Origin: a virus
Length of the DNA stretch: 64,000 bases
IMG/VR virus record: IMGVR_UViG_3300034374_008984
Span: 1 to 64,000 of that record
Direction: 5' to 3' (one strand)
Of the stretch, positions 19,424 through 30,399 are shown piece by piece. The notes beneath the pieces were generated by a model. That model was not told the origin of the DNA. It saw only the letters and a program-made list of their open reading frames with translations, and ran no database searches. The translations under genes were made by a program, and so were the position numbers. How positions within the stretch are numbered: position 1 is the first letter of the stretch; each line of letters starts with the position of its first letter.

Positions 19424-19843
19424 ATGAGTATCACAATCGAACAAGTAGAAGAGTTCTTCTCCAACAGAGCCCTTGACGTGGCCGAGGGCATGGCCGACCC
19501 GATGGACGTCTATGCTGAACTTTCCCGCACAGAGAAACTGACCGAGGCTTTGAAGAAGGCCGTGAAGGAGGAGGCTATGGCGCAGGCACTTGAGCATGGG
19601 GCCGATAAGGAGAAGGTGGCCTACCATGGGCACACATTCGAGGTCAGAAAGGGCCGTTCCATGTACTCCTTCAAGCACATCGAGTCGTGGGCCAAGGCAG
19701 AGGAGGAGAAGAAGCGCATCGAGGAACTTGCAAAGATTGCCGCCAAGAAGAATGTGGAGGTGGCCGACACGGAGACAGGAGAGGTAATACCTCCCGCCCA
19801 CGTCACCTACGCAGCGGACTCACTCATTGTATCACGCAATTAA
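19424..19843 (+). CDS. Conserved phage hypothetical protein
   Basis: 139 aa, DTETGEVIPP motif common in phage recombination regions. Confidence 0.75.
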   Translation: MSITIEQVEEFFSNRALDVAEGMADPMDVYAELSRTEKLTEALKKAVKEEAMAQALEHGADKEKVAYHGHTFEVRKGRSMYSFKHIESWAKAEEEKKRIEELAKIAAKKNVEVADTETGEVIPPAHVTYAADSLIVSRN

Positions 19844-19846
19844 GCC

Positions 19847-19993
19847 ATGAAAGCGTTATTAGGATTCACTATCGGGATGGGGATGATTGGCGTAGTCTTC
19901 AATATGATTGATGGAAACACAATGGCTGCCGTATGGGCTTTTGCATCAACTCTGCTGCTCATAAGCCGTCTCGCAAGAGAATACAGAAATTGA
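19847..19993 (+). CDS. 48-aa membrane protein with two TM segments (not in ORF track)
   Basis: MKALLGFTIGMGMIGVVFNMIDGNTMAAVWAFASTLLLISRLAREYRN. Confidence 0.55.
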   Translation: MKALLGFTIGMGMIGVVFNMIDGNTMAAVWAFASTLLLISRLAREYRN

Positions 19994-20173
19994 ACGAGTA
20001 CAAGGCCAATCCTCTCCTGTTCATCAACACGTTCCTCCGCAGAGCGCACGAGCCGTATGTCTCAGAGGAGCAGTACATGAAGGTAGCGAAGGGGAAACCC
20101 AACGTGTATGACCTGAGATGGCAAGTGAGAGTGAGGAAGAATTTTTTCGACAACCAACAAGACAACAGTGGTC

Positions 20174-21505
20174 ATGGCAGCCAAGAAAAAAGCTGAACAA
20201 GCAGAATCGGTAACGCAGGAATCCTTCGCTCTTACCGTGGTGAAGGTAGAACTTGACAAGAACATCCCTCAAGACCTGTGTAATGAGCTGACGGGGGCGT
20301 TCTTTCCGATATACCGGCAGATGCAAGACCTTGAGGCCGAGTACGAGGCCATAACAGGGGCAGATGTGACCGTACACACGAACAAGATCTCCAAACAGGC
20401 CCGCGAGTTGCGCCTCAAATACAAGTCCCTGCGAGGGGTCAAGGGATTGAAGGGCGTACACGAGGAAAAAAAGGAGTTTTACCGTAGCGTAGGTAGCGCG
20501 ATTGACGCCCTCGAAAGGGAAGGTCGATTAGCGGCCCTCGCAAGGGAGGAGAAATTGGAAGAGATCGAGAAGTTCCACGAGAGGCAACTTCAAGAGACCC
20601 GAGCGGAGGAATTGCAGCCGTACCTCCTCGAAGGTCAGGAGATGCGTAAAGACCTCGGCACCATGAACGAGGACGATTGGGAAATCGTCTTCATGGGACA
20701 ACGGACGAAGTTCCAAGAGGCGACAGAGAAGGAGGCCAAGAGAGAGTTGAGACGGAAGCGCATCGAAGAAGCCTCGAAATACGCCCTCTACATAGAGGAC
20801 TTCGACAGCATCCAGTGGGAGGGTCTGCCGGAGAAAACCTACAACAGCCTCCTGAAAGAGGCCAAGGACGCGCACGAGGAAAGGGAAGCGGCAAGGTTAA
20901 AGGCTGAGGCCGAGGCCAAGAGACTCCAAGAGGAGGCTGATGCACGGGAGGCCGCGCACAAGGCAGAACTTGAAAAGAAGGCCGCAGAGGAGATTGAGAG
21001 ACAGCGCAAGTTCAGTTCCAGAGTAGCGTCCGTCAAAGGGGGTGAGCTGAGAGAGGACGGCATCTACTACAAGGACAAGAGGATCTACACAATGAAGTCG
21101 CTGCAAGAGAAACCTGACGAGGATTTCGCCAAGTTCTTGCAGGCACACCTCGAACGATATAACGCAGATTTTCAAGCCGAGGCTGACAAGAAGGCCGCAG
21201 AGGAGGCCGCGAGAAAGGCTCAGATAGAGGAAGCGGCAAGGGTCGCAGCGGAGAACGCCCGCTTGCAGGCCGAGAAGGATGCCATCGAGAAGGCCCGCAA
21301 GGAGGCCGAGGAGAAGATGGCCGCGCAGAGAGCCGGGGCGGATGCCAAGAAATCGGCACCCGACAGGGATAAACTGAAGGAGTTCCGAGATGAGTTGGCC
21401 GGGTTGGGATACCCTGTGTGCAGCACCGAGTCAGGGAGGATTATTGTGGAAAATTTGCAGAAGCACATTGCGAAGGCCGTAGAGTACATTGATAGGAACA
21501 TTTGA
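20174..21505 (+). CDS. Long E/K/A-rich coiled-coil protein
   Basis: 443 aa, charge-rich helices, APDRDKL near the C-terminus. Confidence 0.75.
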   Translation: MAAKKKAEQAESVTQESFALTVVKVELDKNIPQDLCNELTGAFFPIYRQMQDLEAEYEAITGADVTVHTNKISKQARELRLKYKSLRGVKGLKGVHEEKKEFYRSVGSAIDALEREGRLAALAREEKLEEIEKFHERQLQETRAEELQPYLLEGQEMRKDLGTMNEDDWEIVFMGQRTKFQEATEKEAKRELRRKRIEEASKYALYIEDFDSIQWEGLPEKTYNSLLKEAKDAHEEREAARLKAEAEAKRLQEEADAREAAHKAELEKKAAEEIERQRKFSSRVASVKGGELREDGIYYKDKRIYTMKSLQEKPDEDFAKFLQAHLERYNADFQAEADKKAAEEAARKAQIEEAARVAAENARLQAEKDAIEKARKEAEEKMAAQRAGADAKKSAPDRDKLKEFRDELAGLGYPVCSTESGRIIVENLQKHIAKAVEYIDRNI

Positions 21506-22254
21506 AAAGATTTGAGCAGATGAACACCTACTCCTTCAGCAGACTCACATCGTGGCACACCTGCAAGGGTGCATGGAAGAGGAACTACATCTTGGAAGAC
21601 AAGGGGGAGAATAATTGGTTCTCCCGTTTCGGCTCCCTCGGTCACCTCGTCTTTGAAAAGGTGGACAGGAAAGAGATAGCCCCCGAACAAGCACTTCAAG
21701 AGTGGACCTCAAGATACAAGGAAGCGGTACTTCTCGGTGCGGACACGCATGAGGTTCCTTGGATGATGAAGCGGTATAAAGGGGCTTGCGATTTCTTTTC
21801 GGGATTCACAGGGTGGCGCACCGATCCTGTATGGATTGAGGAACACATTGACATTGACAGGGGGACTTTCAGATTCCAAGGCTACGTTGACCGCCTCAGC
21901 ATCCTCCCGAGCGGGGACTACTCAATGCAGGACTACAAGAGCTCAAAGAGGTACGAGGGGAAAGAATTGAAGGAAAAGGCCCGGCAGATGTACCTCTACT
22001 CGGCAGCCGTGAATGAGCGCTTCGGGGTGTTCCCGAAGAATCTCATCTTCTTCCACTTCTTTCAGAACATCCCCGTCATAATCCCATTCAAAATGGACGA
22101 CTACTGGGAGGCATGGGATTGGGCCGCGAGGACAGTGGCTGAGATAGAGGCTTACGAAGACGACTACCCGCTGACCGATAACGGGTACTTCTGCAAGGCC
22201 ATCTGCAATTACAGGAACGATTGCCCCGTAGCGGCACAAAGCAAAAAAAACTGA
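21502..22254 (+). CDS. PD-(D/E)XK exonuclease, Cas4/RecB-like
   Basis: SFSRL...C, G..GH, GYVDRL, DYKS, QMYLY and C-terminal CxxxC..C (Fe-S pattern). Confidence 0.85.
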   Translation: MKRFEQMNTYSFSRLTSWHTCKGAWKRNYILEDKGENNWFSRFGSLGHLVFEKVDRKEIAPEQALQEWTSRYKEAVLLGADTHEVPWMMKRYKGACDFFSGFTGWRTDPVWIEEHIDIDRGTFRFQGYVDRLSILPSGDYSMQDYKSSKRYEGKELKEKARQMYLYSAAVNERFGVFPKNLIFFHFFQNIPVIIPFKMDDYWEAWDWAARTVAEIEAYEDDYPLTDNGYFCKAICNYRNDCPVAAQSKKN

Positions 22255-22255
22255 C

Positions 22256-23084
22256 ATGAGCACCTCGCCAAGAACCATCTTTAATATGCCCTTTCCCCAT
22301 GCCTTCTTTCGTGGGGGCATGATGGAGGTCATGCTTGCGGAAGTGTCCCTTGAAGGAGAGGGAGGGGACAGGCTTGTGACGGTGACATTCTCGGGATCCT
22401 CGCAAAAGGACTCCTACAAGGACAGGTTCTCAATCACATCATCCCTTGCGAACATGGCGTCCCTCTCAAAGCTGCTCCATGCGAATTGCCCGACAGCGGC
22501 CATCTACGGTACCTCCGAATGGGCCGTGGCGACAGAGACCCAAGAAGGAAACCTGCTGCTGTGTCTCAATCAGGAGGCCAAGATGGTGATGATCGAGGAG
22601 GATGAAGTGGCATTCACCCTTGACTTCTTCTCTCTCCCTGGACTCCGCTTTCACGATGCCACGCCAAGGCACGATTCAGGACGCCCCTGCATATCCCTGA
22701 ATTGGGATGACTCCGCGAAGGTTCAGAACAGGGACGCCCGACTGTGGGAATGGAGGGGAGGCCACAACAAGAGCGACCTGATAGGGGCATTGGCAGAGTG
22801 CCCATGGGTGATGTTCGAGAATGTGATACTTTGAAAGAGCAATGACAGCGGCAAGACTCAAAGGACTGAATAAGCCAAAACTGACGTGCCTGCCGGTCGG
22901 GACCAAATGGAGAACCTACGATGGACATGAGTACGAGATCACAGGAGTGTACACCGTATTCGGCAAGAACGGGTATCACGTCAAAGAGGACGGAGAAAGA
23001 AAGCCGAGATGGGCCAATGCCAACGGATCCCCGAGATATGTTCCAGAGGAGGAAGTGAAGGAGCTCAGAGCGAAGAAAATTTGA
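22256..23084 (+). CDS. Two hypothetical genes (22256-22834, 22842-23084)
   Basis: Contiguous ORFs. Confidence 0.65.
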
Positions 23085-23163
23085 AATACTGGCAAAAAAA
23101 ATCCTTCTCACTTCATTCAATTAAAAGAAAATCCTTACATTTACACGCGCAAAAGCAACCGAC

Positions 23164-23559
23164 ATGGCAACAGGTACAATCGAGAAACAGGCCGCTTTCA
23201 GGTTCATCGAGCCGAAGCTGCCCTCCATCAGAGAGCGCATAAAGAGCCTCCTTTCCAAGTGCAACGGAAATGGACTCACTGCAAAGGAAATCTCCGCAGC
23301 GTTGTCCGTGAAAGCGAATACCATCACGGGCCGGATTGATGAACTCTGGGACGAGGGATTCCTCCACGGGGTATCTTCAAAGGGCATCGAGACGAGGTAT
23401 CGCGTCACGGCACCCAAGGACGTGAACCGAGTGAAGGAGGCCCGTAGGAAGGAGAAGTTCCATGTGTGGCTCAGAAAAGGCCGCGAGAGGTACGGTGACG
23501 TGATCACTGACGAGGTGTGGAATGAGATGTTCAAGGTAGCAACGACTGAATTCAACTGA
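23164..23559 (+). CDS. Winged-helix DNA-binding protein
   Basis: GLTAKEISAALSVKANTITGRIDELWDEGFL. Confidence 0.75.
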   Translation: MATGTIEKQAAFRFIEPKLPSIRERIKSLLSKCNGNGLTAKEISAALSVKANTITGRIDELWDEGFLHGVSSKGIETRYRVTAPKDVNRVKEARRKEKFHVWLRKGRERYGDVITDEVWNEMFKVATTEFN

Positions 23560-23560
23560 G

Positions 23561-25000
23561 ATGAAAAAAAGACACGTTTACCTCGTTATTCAGGATGATA
23601 GACGTTACCCTTGCCGCGATCACAACGACACGCAGCGGCACATCTTAGGCGTTCACACCAGCGCGGCAAAGGCATATGCTCACCTCGAATCGTGCAAGCA
23701 GTCACGGCTTGACCTTGGATACATAGAGGTTCGGGATGAGGAATATAACCCCGATTTGCATGACGGAAAGAAGAGGGCGACATACCTGAGCCACTACAAG
23801 CACGGTTCGTCCGAGTTGATAATTGACAAAGTACAGGTTAGATGAAATACGCATACACCTACGTCCTCACATGCTGCGTGTGGCTACCGTGGTACACCGC
23901 GCCAAAGCCTCCACAGCCGACACCCGAACCCGAGTCCATTGGCGTGGTCTGCGAGTGTTGTCTTCCGGCTCAGGAACCCGATTGGGAGTGCGCGGATTGG
24001 CAGGCCAAGCACGGAAAAATCCCGGACTTCATCAAAAACGAGTTCAAGTAATCGCCTTAGCACCCACAAAAAAAACCGACATGACCCACAGACAAGAACA
24101 GCAGGAACATTTTGACCGGCTATGCCACCTCCGAGGGTTCGACCCCTTGAAGCGCATCGACAACAGCCACGCAAGAACCCGCCTAAAAAGGTCTGACGAG
24201 GTATGGTATGAAGGGAGGGCCTATCGGGTGATTGACGTGATGGGGAGTCCTAAACTGGAATTGATCAACAAGGTGAAGTAGAATGGAGGCAAAGCCAATC
24301 AGACCCAAGAAAAAGACCCCTCCATGGAAGCGGAGAAAGGTCTATGCGATGAGCCGATTCGAGGAGTACAAGAGACTCATGGCGTACACCCACCTCATTT
24401 ACTCCATGGGGATAATCGAGAAGGAGCAGCCGGGAGTGGCCTTCAAGGTGCTTGCAGAAATAATCCTGAACACTGACGGATTGATCACCGAGGGAATGCT
24501 TGAGGAGTACAAGAAGAGAAACAAGAAGAAACTACGATAGGAGACATGGAGACAGAACTTCACTACATCACCGTCAAGACCTCCGAGGAGGACGGCTACA
24601 CGGTGTGCATTCAGTACGAACCCGCGAGGATGACCCGTTCGAGGACTCACTTTCAGCCCGAGGAGTACGGAGAGGACAGGATCATCTCTATCACCCACGA
24701 GGACGGCACCGAACTGAAATCCAAAGAGGTCTCCGCTCTCGGTATCACCGATTACGACTTCAAGAACATCACTGAGATTGACCTTACACAAACACTTCAA
24801 ACAGATCAGCAATGAAAATCATCATCAGAGTACTCTCTTCACCCTTCTTCTTCGGACTTTACCTTGTCCTTGGCTTGCACATCGCCCTGAAAGGAACCTA
24901 CTGCTTTATACGCTACGGAGGCGAGATGCTGACCTACATGCAGGGAGACAAGGAAACCATTGCGAATATCTACAACGAACTCAAAGAGGGAAGGCCATGA
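23561..25000 (+). CDS. Six small hypothetical genes (23561-23845, 23842-24051, 24081-24281, 24283-24540, 24546-24815, 24812-25000)
   Basis: Tightly coupled ORFs. Confidence 0.6.
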
Positions 25001-25317
25001 GTCATGACTACACCTCATACCACGCCAAAGCCTCCCTCGACAATTCCATAGAAATACTCGAAACGGTATCCTCCAATCTGAGGCGCTATCTGGAGACCAA
25101 GGGAAGAACCCGCACGGATTTCCTGAAGTGGGTCAAGGCGCAGAAAATCAAAGGGGTGCCCCATTCAAGGATTGCCCGATGGCCGGGCATGGAAATGGAA
25201 CCAGGCAGGGGTAACGTGGAGACGGATACGATTCGGGCCGTGTCCCTTGTAGCAGCCTACATGGGGAAGTCGCCAAAAGAGGTCATGTTCTCGAACATTC
25301 CTTTGGACAGCCTGTGA
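24997..25317 (+). CDS. Possible XRE/Cro-like HTH protein
   Basis: NLRRYL..KG.TRTDF ... VAAYMGKSPKEVM pattern. Confidence 0.45.
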   Translation: MSHDYTSYHAKASLDNSIEILETVSSNLRRYLETKGRTRTDFLKWVKAQKIKGVPHSRIARWPGMEMEPGRGNVETDTIRAVSLVAAYMGKSPKEVMFSNIPLDSL

Positions 25318-25320
25318 AGC

Positions 25321-25689
25321 ATGATATTCAAATATCCCCACATGGATCCCGAGCAGCGGGCTCAGTTGCTGTGCGACTACACAGGATTTCAGAAAAGAGT
25401 TCCCGTTGTCGGTTGCCGCGAAGACAAGAAAAAGGAGCTCGTACCGATTACAGTAATGAAGGAAATGTGGGACGAGCTCACATCTTCATGCCAGCTTTCA
25501 GAGACGAGAAGGAACAACGCTTTTTTCTATATTGCAAGAGAAATGGGATACGGGTCGGGGCAAATCGAGAGGGTCGTTGAGGTGGGCATCAACAGAGACC
25601 TTGCCCTCGCTAACGGGAGGTCTCTGATGGAGTACAGCTATCAACTCAGCGAGGCGTGGGCCGCTATCGAAGAATCACTTAACAGGTAA
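25321..25689 (+). CDS. Hypothetical protein with weak DnaA C-terminal-like HTH
   Basis: R..AFFYIAREMGY.S..I. Confidence 0.4.
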   Translation: MIFKYPHMDPEQRAQLLCDYTGFQKRVPVVGCREDKKKELVPITVMKEMWDELTSSCQLSETRRNNAFFYIAREMGYGSGQIERVVEVGINRDLALANGRSLMEYSYQLSEAWAAIEESLNR

Positions 25690-25700
25690 ATACAGAAGAC

Positions 25701-26153
25701 ATGACCAAGAACGAAATCCGCATCGCTCTTCTGAAGCACATTCAGCCGATTCCAGCCAAGAGCCTCGAAAAGGCCGTGGACGAAATCTACCTGAGTGTCC
25801 AAAAGGCCCTCGGCAAGGAGTCCAGAAAAAAGAACACCGAGTACGCAGACCTGAACGGGACCTACCACACGCACCCCAAGATGAATTCCAAGATACAGGA
25901 GTTCATCAAGGCAAGGAAGGAGGCCAAAAAGCCGATGACGAAGAGGGCCGTTGAAATGCTCCTCGACAAGTTCAAGAAAGGTGGCTTTACCATCGGAGAA
26001 TGTATTGAGGCCATTGACGTGGCTATCTTGGGGAACTATCAGGGAGTATTCCCTAAGAAGCAGTTCAAGAGGGCCGCGCACGAAAACCCAGACCCGAAGA
26101 TCATTGACTACACAGAAGGATTACCAACTCACAAAAAACCGACAACGACATGA
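25701..26153 (+). CDS. Replication initiator-like protein
   Basis: EFIKARKEAKKPMT.RA....L ... AI..AILGNYQGVF resembles phage initiator C-terminal domains; upstream of the loader. Confidence 0.55.
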   Translation: MTKNEIRIALLKHIQPIPAKSLEKAVDEIYLSVQKALGKESRKKNTEYADLNGTYHTHPKMNSKIQEFIKARKEAKKPMTKRAVEMLLDKFKKGGFTIGECIEAIDVAILGNYQGVFPKKQFKRAAHENPDPKIIDYTEGLPTHKKPTTT

Positions 26154-26895
26154 ATAAGGCTTGCGACATCCTTGAAATTGAGCGCCACAAACTGATTGTT
26201 TCCCAATCAAAATTATTACTTAAACTCTTGCAGGGGGATGATGCCAAGGCAATTGAAGACATTTTGATGCGTTCAAAATCTGAAATAGACAATCACAATA
26301 ATTCAGCACGAACAATATGTGACATGACCAATATAGAAGACGGGAAATGGAGGTCAACGATTAAAAAGGTCATTATTGGTAAATTCACCAATTACTTTCG
26401 CGACAACAGGGCTCTTGGAAGTTATCCTTATGGGTGCGAAGCCTGCAATGATTCAGATGTACCGTGCATCGAGTGTCAAAAGGAGTTAGCCGAGTATCAA
26501 GCTAAGAGAGAAGTAGCTGAAAAAAAAAGAGATGCGTTTTCAAGGGCTTGCGAAAAGACCGTTTTCCCGGATGACCTTAAATTCAAATACATCATTCTTT
26601 GCCGAAGGTCTATGTGGCCGAATCAAACCCCACTTGAATTAGTCTTAAAAGAACTTATTCACACGGAAATCTTGTCAATTTTTCAGTCCCAAAATCAAGA
26701 ACTAATCTCGACAACATGAAAGCCAAACTAACCGACTCGAAAAGCCTTTTGAAGTTCATCTTCAATCAAATGGAGAAGCTGGATAAAAATAAGATAAACC
26801 CCGATATTGCAAGGGCACAGGCGGCACTTGCGAGACAGGCAAACAATACCTTGCGCATCAGAATGGATGCCGAAAACAACGCTAAGACAAAATGA
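26150..26895 (+). CDS. Two AT-richer hypothetical genes (26150-26719 with CxxC..CxxC; 26716-26895, 59 aa, not in track)
   Basis: ATGA-coupled between the initiator-like gene and the loader. Confidence 0.6.
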
Positions 26896-27554
26896 ACATG
26901 AACTTCGATGATTTCCTCCGCAAGGAGGCCGACAAGAGTGGATTCCAATGGAATGACGTTTCAGAGTGGACTCCCGAACAGCTCGCCGCAATGTGGCACA
27001 AGGCGGGGCAATCCATCGTGGGGCCGTCCTACAAAGATGTTGACCCGAACCTCACACAAAACCTCGTGAAGTACCTCCTCCGTGATGAGTCCTTCGATGG
27101 GAACCTTGACAGGGGCATTCTGATAATAGGCAACAACGGGACAGGCAAGACCATCTACATGAAGATCCTACTCATGCTCCTCACCTATCTGCACTCCAAG
27201 CGGACGCCCTCTTACTCAGGGAAACAGATAGAGGCCAATATGAGGCTTCCAGAGGATGAGCAGGGAAGAATAGACGTGCAAAAGGCACTCCTTGCCCCGA
27301 CATTCTACTTCGATGATCTCGGGGAGGAGCTTGACAGGGTGATGGTATATGGTACCTATGTGGAACTCGGAAAGGATGTCCTGACACAGCGCTACGAGGA
27401 GTTCACCTCCAAGGGCTCCCTTACATTCGCCACCTCGAACCTCAACATGAAACAGATAGAGGACAAGTACGGGTATCGAGTGGGAAGCCGCATGCACGAG
27501 ATGTTCAATGTGTTCATCCGCAAGGGGGAGGACATGAGAAAAGGATTTGTGTGA
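26892..27554 (+). CDS. DnaC/IstB-like AAA+ helicase loader
   Basis: Walker A GNNGTGKT, Walker B FYFDDLG, TSNL, YG.R..SR..EM. Confidence 0.85.
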   Translation: MNMNFDDFLRKEADKSGFQWNDVSEWTPEQLAAMWHKAGQSIVGPSYKDVDPNLTQNLVKYLLRDESFDGNLDRGILIIGNNGTGKTIYMKILLMLLTYLHSKRTPSYSGKQIEANMRLPEDEQGRIDVQKALLAPTFYFDDLGEELDRVMVYGTYVELGKDVLTQRYEEFTSKGSLTFATSNLNMKQIEDKYGYRVGSRMHEMFNVFIRKGEDMRKGFV

Positions 27555-28171
27555 TGAGGGTGCTAAATCTGTATGCCGGTCTTGGAGGAAATAGAAAAGA
27601 TTGGCAAGGAGTAAAGGTGACGGCTGTTGAAATGGAGCAGCAGATAGCTGACGCATACAAGCGCCTGTATCCTGATGACGAAGTAATAGTGGGAGACGCT
27701 CATAAATACCTGAAAGAAAACTTCCGACACTATGACTTCATTTGGAGCTCGCCACCGTGTCAAACTCATAGCAGAATGATGAAAGCCACCCGGCACGATG
27801 TCGCAGATTACCCCGATATGAAACTCTACCAGGAAATCATATTTCTTCAACACTTTTTCAAAGGAAAGTGGGTTGTGGAGAATGTTAAGCCCTACTATGA
27901 ACCGCTTATCCGTCCAACCGTCAAAATGGGCAGGCACTACTTTTGGGCAAACTTCACTATTTGGCCCATTAAGATAGGCTCTCCAAAAAAGTTCATTACA
28001 GCCGGGACTACCGAAGAAACACAGGCATTGAAGGATTGGCTGGGCATTCAGTATGATGGCAACATCTACTACAAGAACAATCATTGCCCGGGACAAGTGT
28101 TACGAAACTGCGTCCACCCAAAAGTTGGAAACCACATACTCAATGAATCAACCCGAAACGGACTCTTCTAA
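27554..28171 (+). CDS. Compact C5-cytosine DNA methyltransferase
   Basis: LNLYAGLGG, SPPCQ and VENV motifs. Confidence 0.85.
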   Translation: MRVLNLYAGLGGNRKDWQGVKVTAVEMEQQIADAYKRLYPDDEVIVGDAHKYLKENFRHYDFIWSSPPCQTHSRMMKATRHDVADYPDMKLYQEIIFLQHFFKGKWVVENVKPYYEPLIRPTVKMGRHYFWANFTIWPIKIGSPKKFITAGTTEETQALKDWLGIQYDGNIYYKNNHCPGQVLRNCVHPKVGNHILNESTRNGLF

Positions 28172-29650
28172 ATGACCACCCCCCGCAAGACCTCCTTCCC
28201 GGCAATCCCCTCCTTAGAACACGTTAAGGTTCCTCCCAACGCGGTCGAGTTGGAGGATGCCGTTCTTGGTGCCTGCCTATTGGATGCCGACGCGTTGTCC
28301 GAAGTCTCCTCCATTCTCCGGCCCGAGATGTTCTACAAGTTGGAGCACCAGATGGTGTTCTCTGCTATGATGTCCCTTGAATCCGAGGGGAATCCCGCAG
28401 ACATCCTGACCGTGACACAGAGATTGAAAAAGGACGGGAACCTCTCCGTTGTCGGAGGGGCGCATTTCGTGTCAACCCTAACGGACAGGGTCGGTAGCGG
28501 TGCCAACGCGGAATACCACGCAAGGATCATCGCCCAGAAGTTCATTGCAAGGGAACTCATACGGGTGTCGGGAGACATCTACGCGCAGGCGTTCGATGAC
28601 ACGATAGACCCATTGGAACTCCTCGACAGGGCCAATGACGAGGTGGCCTCCATCGGGTCTGACGTTGTGGGAGATGCAGTGGAATCCAATCAAGACCTTC
28701 TTAGGCAGGTGATAGAGGACTCCGAGAGGACGGCCTCGGGGGGGAATGTCATCGGAACCCCCATCGGACTCCGCGAATTGGACATCAAAACAGGAGGCTT
28801 GCAGGAGGGCCACTTGGACATCCTTGCAGGAAGGCCCGGCATGGGCAAGAGCTCCTTCGCCATCTACGAGGCGTACAGGGTGGCGTTCTCGGAGAAGAAG
28901 ACCGTGCTGTTCTTCTCATTGGAGATGCCCGCGAAGGAAATCATGCAGAAGATCCTTTCGATTCACACCGGCATCGACTCTTGGAAACTGAAGACAGGGA
29001 AGCTCGACCCCGAGCATTGGAACCGCATCAATGCCATGTCAGGGGAGATTATCAAGGCCCCCATCACAATAATCGACAACATCTCGGAGTGGTCCAAGGT
29101 CAGGACGAAATGTGTGAACTCCAACAAGAAGCAGCAGATAGGGCTTGTTTCCATTGATTACCTGCAACTCATACAGATTTCCAACAGGAAAGGCAACAGA
29201 GAGCAGGAAATAGGGGAAATCAGCAGGGGGTTGAAGCAACTTGCCAAGCACCTGAAATGCCCCATCCGTGCCCTCGCACAGCTATCGAGAGGAGTTGAGA
29301 CAAGAGGTGGCAACAAGAAGCCTATGCTGAGTGATTTGAGGGAATCCGGCTCAATCGAACAGGACGCGGATAGTGTCACCTTCCTGTACCGCCCCGAGTA
29401 TTACGGCATAGAGTTCTCCGAGGAGGGAAACCTCCCAACGAACGGCCTCTGCGAGGTCATCATTGCCAAGAACAGGGGAGGACTGACGGGAACGGTTCCC
29501 GTTCGGGTGAACCTCGCAACAAGCACCTTCGAGGGTTGGGAGGGAGGTTCCTTCAAGGCCCCGTCACCGCCACCCATTGAGGAGGTGCAGAGATGGAGCC
29601 CCATGCCGAGAAGCACCGAGTTCGATGACGATGACGGGAACCCTTTTTGA
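28172..29650 (+). CDS. dnaB: Replicative DNA helicase
   Basis: GRPGMGKS, FSLEM, IDYLQL, AQLSR, SDLRESGSIEQDAD, KNRGG. Confidence 0.97.
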   Translation: MTTPRKTSFPAIPSLEHVKVPPNAVELEDAVLGACLLDADALSEVSSILRPEMFYKLEHQMVFSAMMSLESEGNPADILTVTQRLKKDGNLSVVGGAHFVSTLTDRVGSGANAEYHARIIAQKFIARELIRVSGDIYAQAFDDTIDPLELLDRANDEVASIGSDVVGDAVESNQDLLRQVIEDSERTASGGNVIGTPIGLRELDIKTGGLQEGHLDILAGRPGMGKSSFAIYEAYRVAFSEKKTVLFFSLEMPAKEIMQKILSIHTGIDSWKLKTGKLDPEHWNRINAMSGEIIKAPITIIDNISEWSKVRTKCVNSNKKQQIGLVSIDYLQLIQISNRKGNREQEIGEISRGLKQLAKHLKCPIRALAQLSRGVETRGGNKKPMLSDLRESGSIEQDADSVTFLYRPEYYGIEFSEEGNLPTNGLCEVIIAKNRGGLTGTVPVRVNLATSTFEGWEGGSFKAPSPPPIEEVQRWSPMPRSTEFDDDDGNPF

Positions 29651-29738
29651 AAAAAAAATAATTTTAACAGAATAAAGTATATCCAAAAAGCGTTCCCTAC
29701 ATTTGAAGCCTCAAACAGGAATGTCAAAAAAAACCATC

Positions 29739-30194
29739 ATGGCAAAAACAGCAGTAGTGAAAATCGAAGAGAACACCGAGGACACGTCCCTTCAGGGCAT
29801 CCTCAATAGTTTGTCCCACAACGAGCGTCTTGATTGGCTCGAAACGAATGCCTTCTCCGTGAAGGATGAGGAGTATCATGCCCCGCTCTCTGCGGAGGAA
29901 CTTGACGAGGTGAAGGGTTTTATCACTCAGCAGAACATCAAGTTGCAGGAATTGGAAGACAAGAAAAATAGGTTCATGGAGGAGCTCAACGCTGAGTTGA
30001 AGCCCGCCAAAGAGAAACTTGAAGTGGCCGTTCGCGAGGCGCGCTCAAATGAGCGTCAGGGCTTTGGTAAGGTGTACTACGTGCCGAACCACGAAGAGGG
30101 TATCACTTACAAGGTCACGGAAGGGAATCTTATCGTAGGCAGCCGCCCGATGCGTTCCGAGGAGCGTCAGATGAATCTCCTTGCCAAGGTGTAA
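29739..30194 (+). CDS. Hypothetical protein
   Basis: ORF after promoter box TACATTTG (29698). Confidence 0.75.
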   Translation: MAKTAVVKIEENTEDTSLQGILNSLSHNERLDWLETNAFSVKDEEYHAPLSAEELDEVKGFITQQNIKLQELEDKKNRFMEELNAELKPAKEKLEVAVREARSNERQGFGKVYYVPNHEEGITYKVTEGNLIVGSRPMRSEERQMNLLAKV

Positions 30195-30210
30195 TGAAGT
30201 TGGTTCCTTT

Positions 30211-30399
30211 GGGGAGGTGGCGAAAGATAGACGCTATGTATCCTTTAGAGTTGACTGGTAACGTATGTACCTCATCAATGGGCGACAATCCACCGATAGG
30301 TTTGAGGGAAGACAACGTAGCAGATTACAGGAAAGGTGAGGAGCTTATGCTGAACCTCTAAACTTCAACTCGTGCAGGTATCAAATCCTGTCCTCCCCA
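30211..30399 (+). ncRNA. 189-nt tRNA-like RNA with a large inserted domain
   Basis: Acceptor GGGGAGG/CCTCCCC-A; D-like arm GCG..CGC; T-like arm GCAGG-TATCAAAT-CCTGT; internal helices. Confidence 0.65.

Noticed and set aside
21502-22254. Cas4 as part of a CRISPR system
   Set aside because: Solo Cas4/RecB-like nucleases are common in phage recombination modules; no cas1, cas2 or array nearby
30211-30399. tmRNA
   Set aside because: No G3:U70 pair, too short, and no evident tag reading frame
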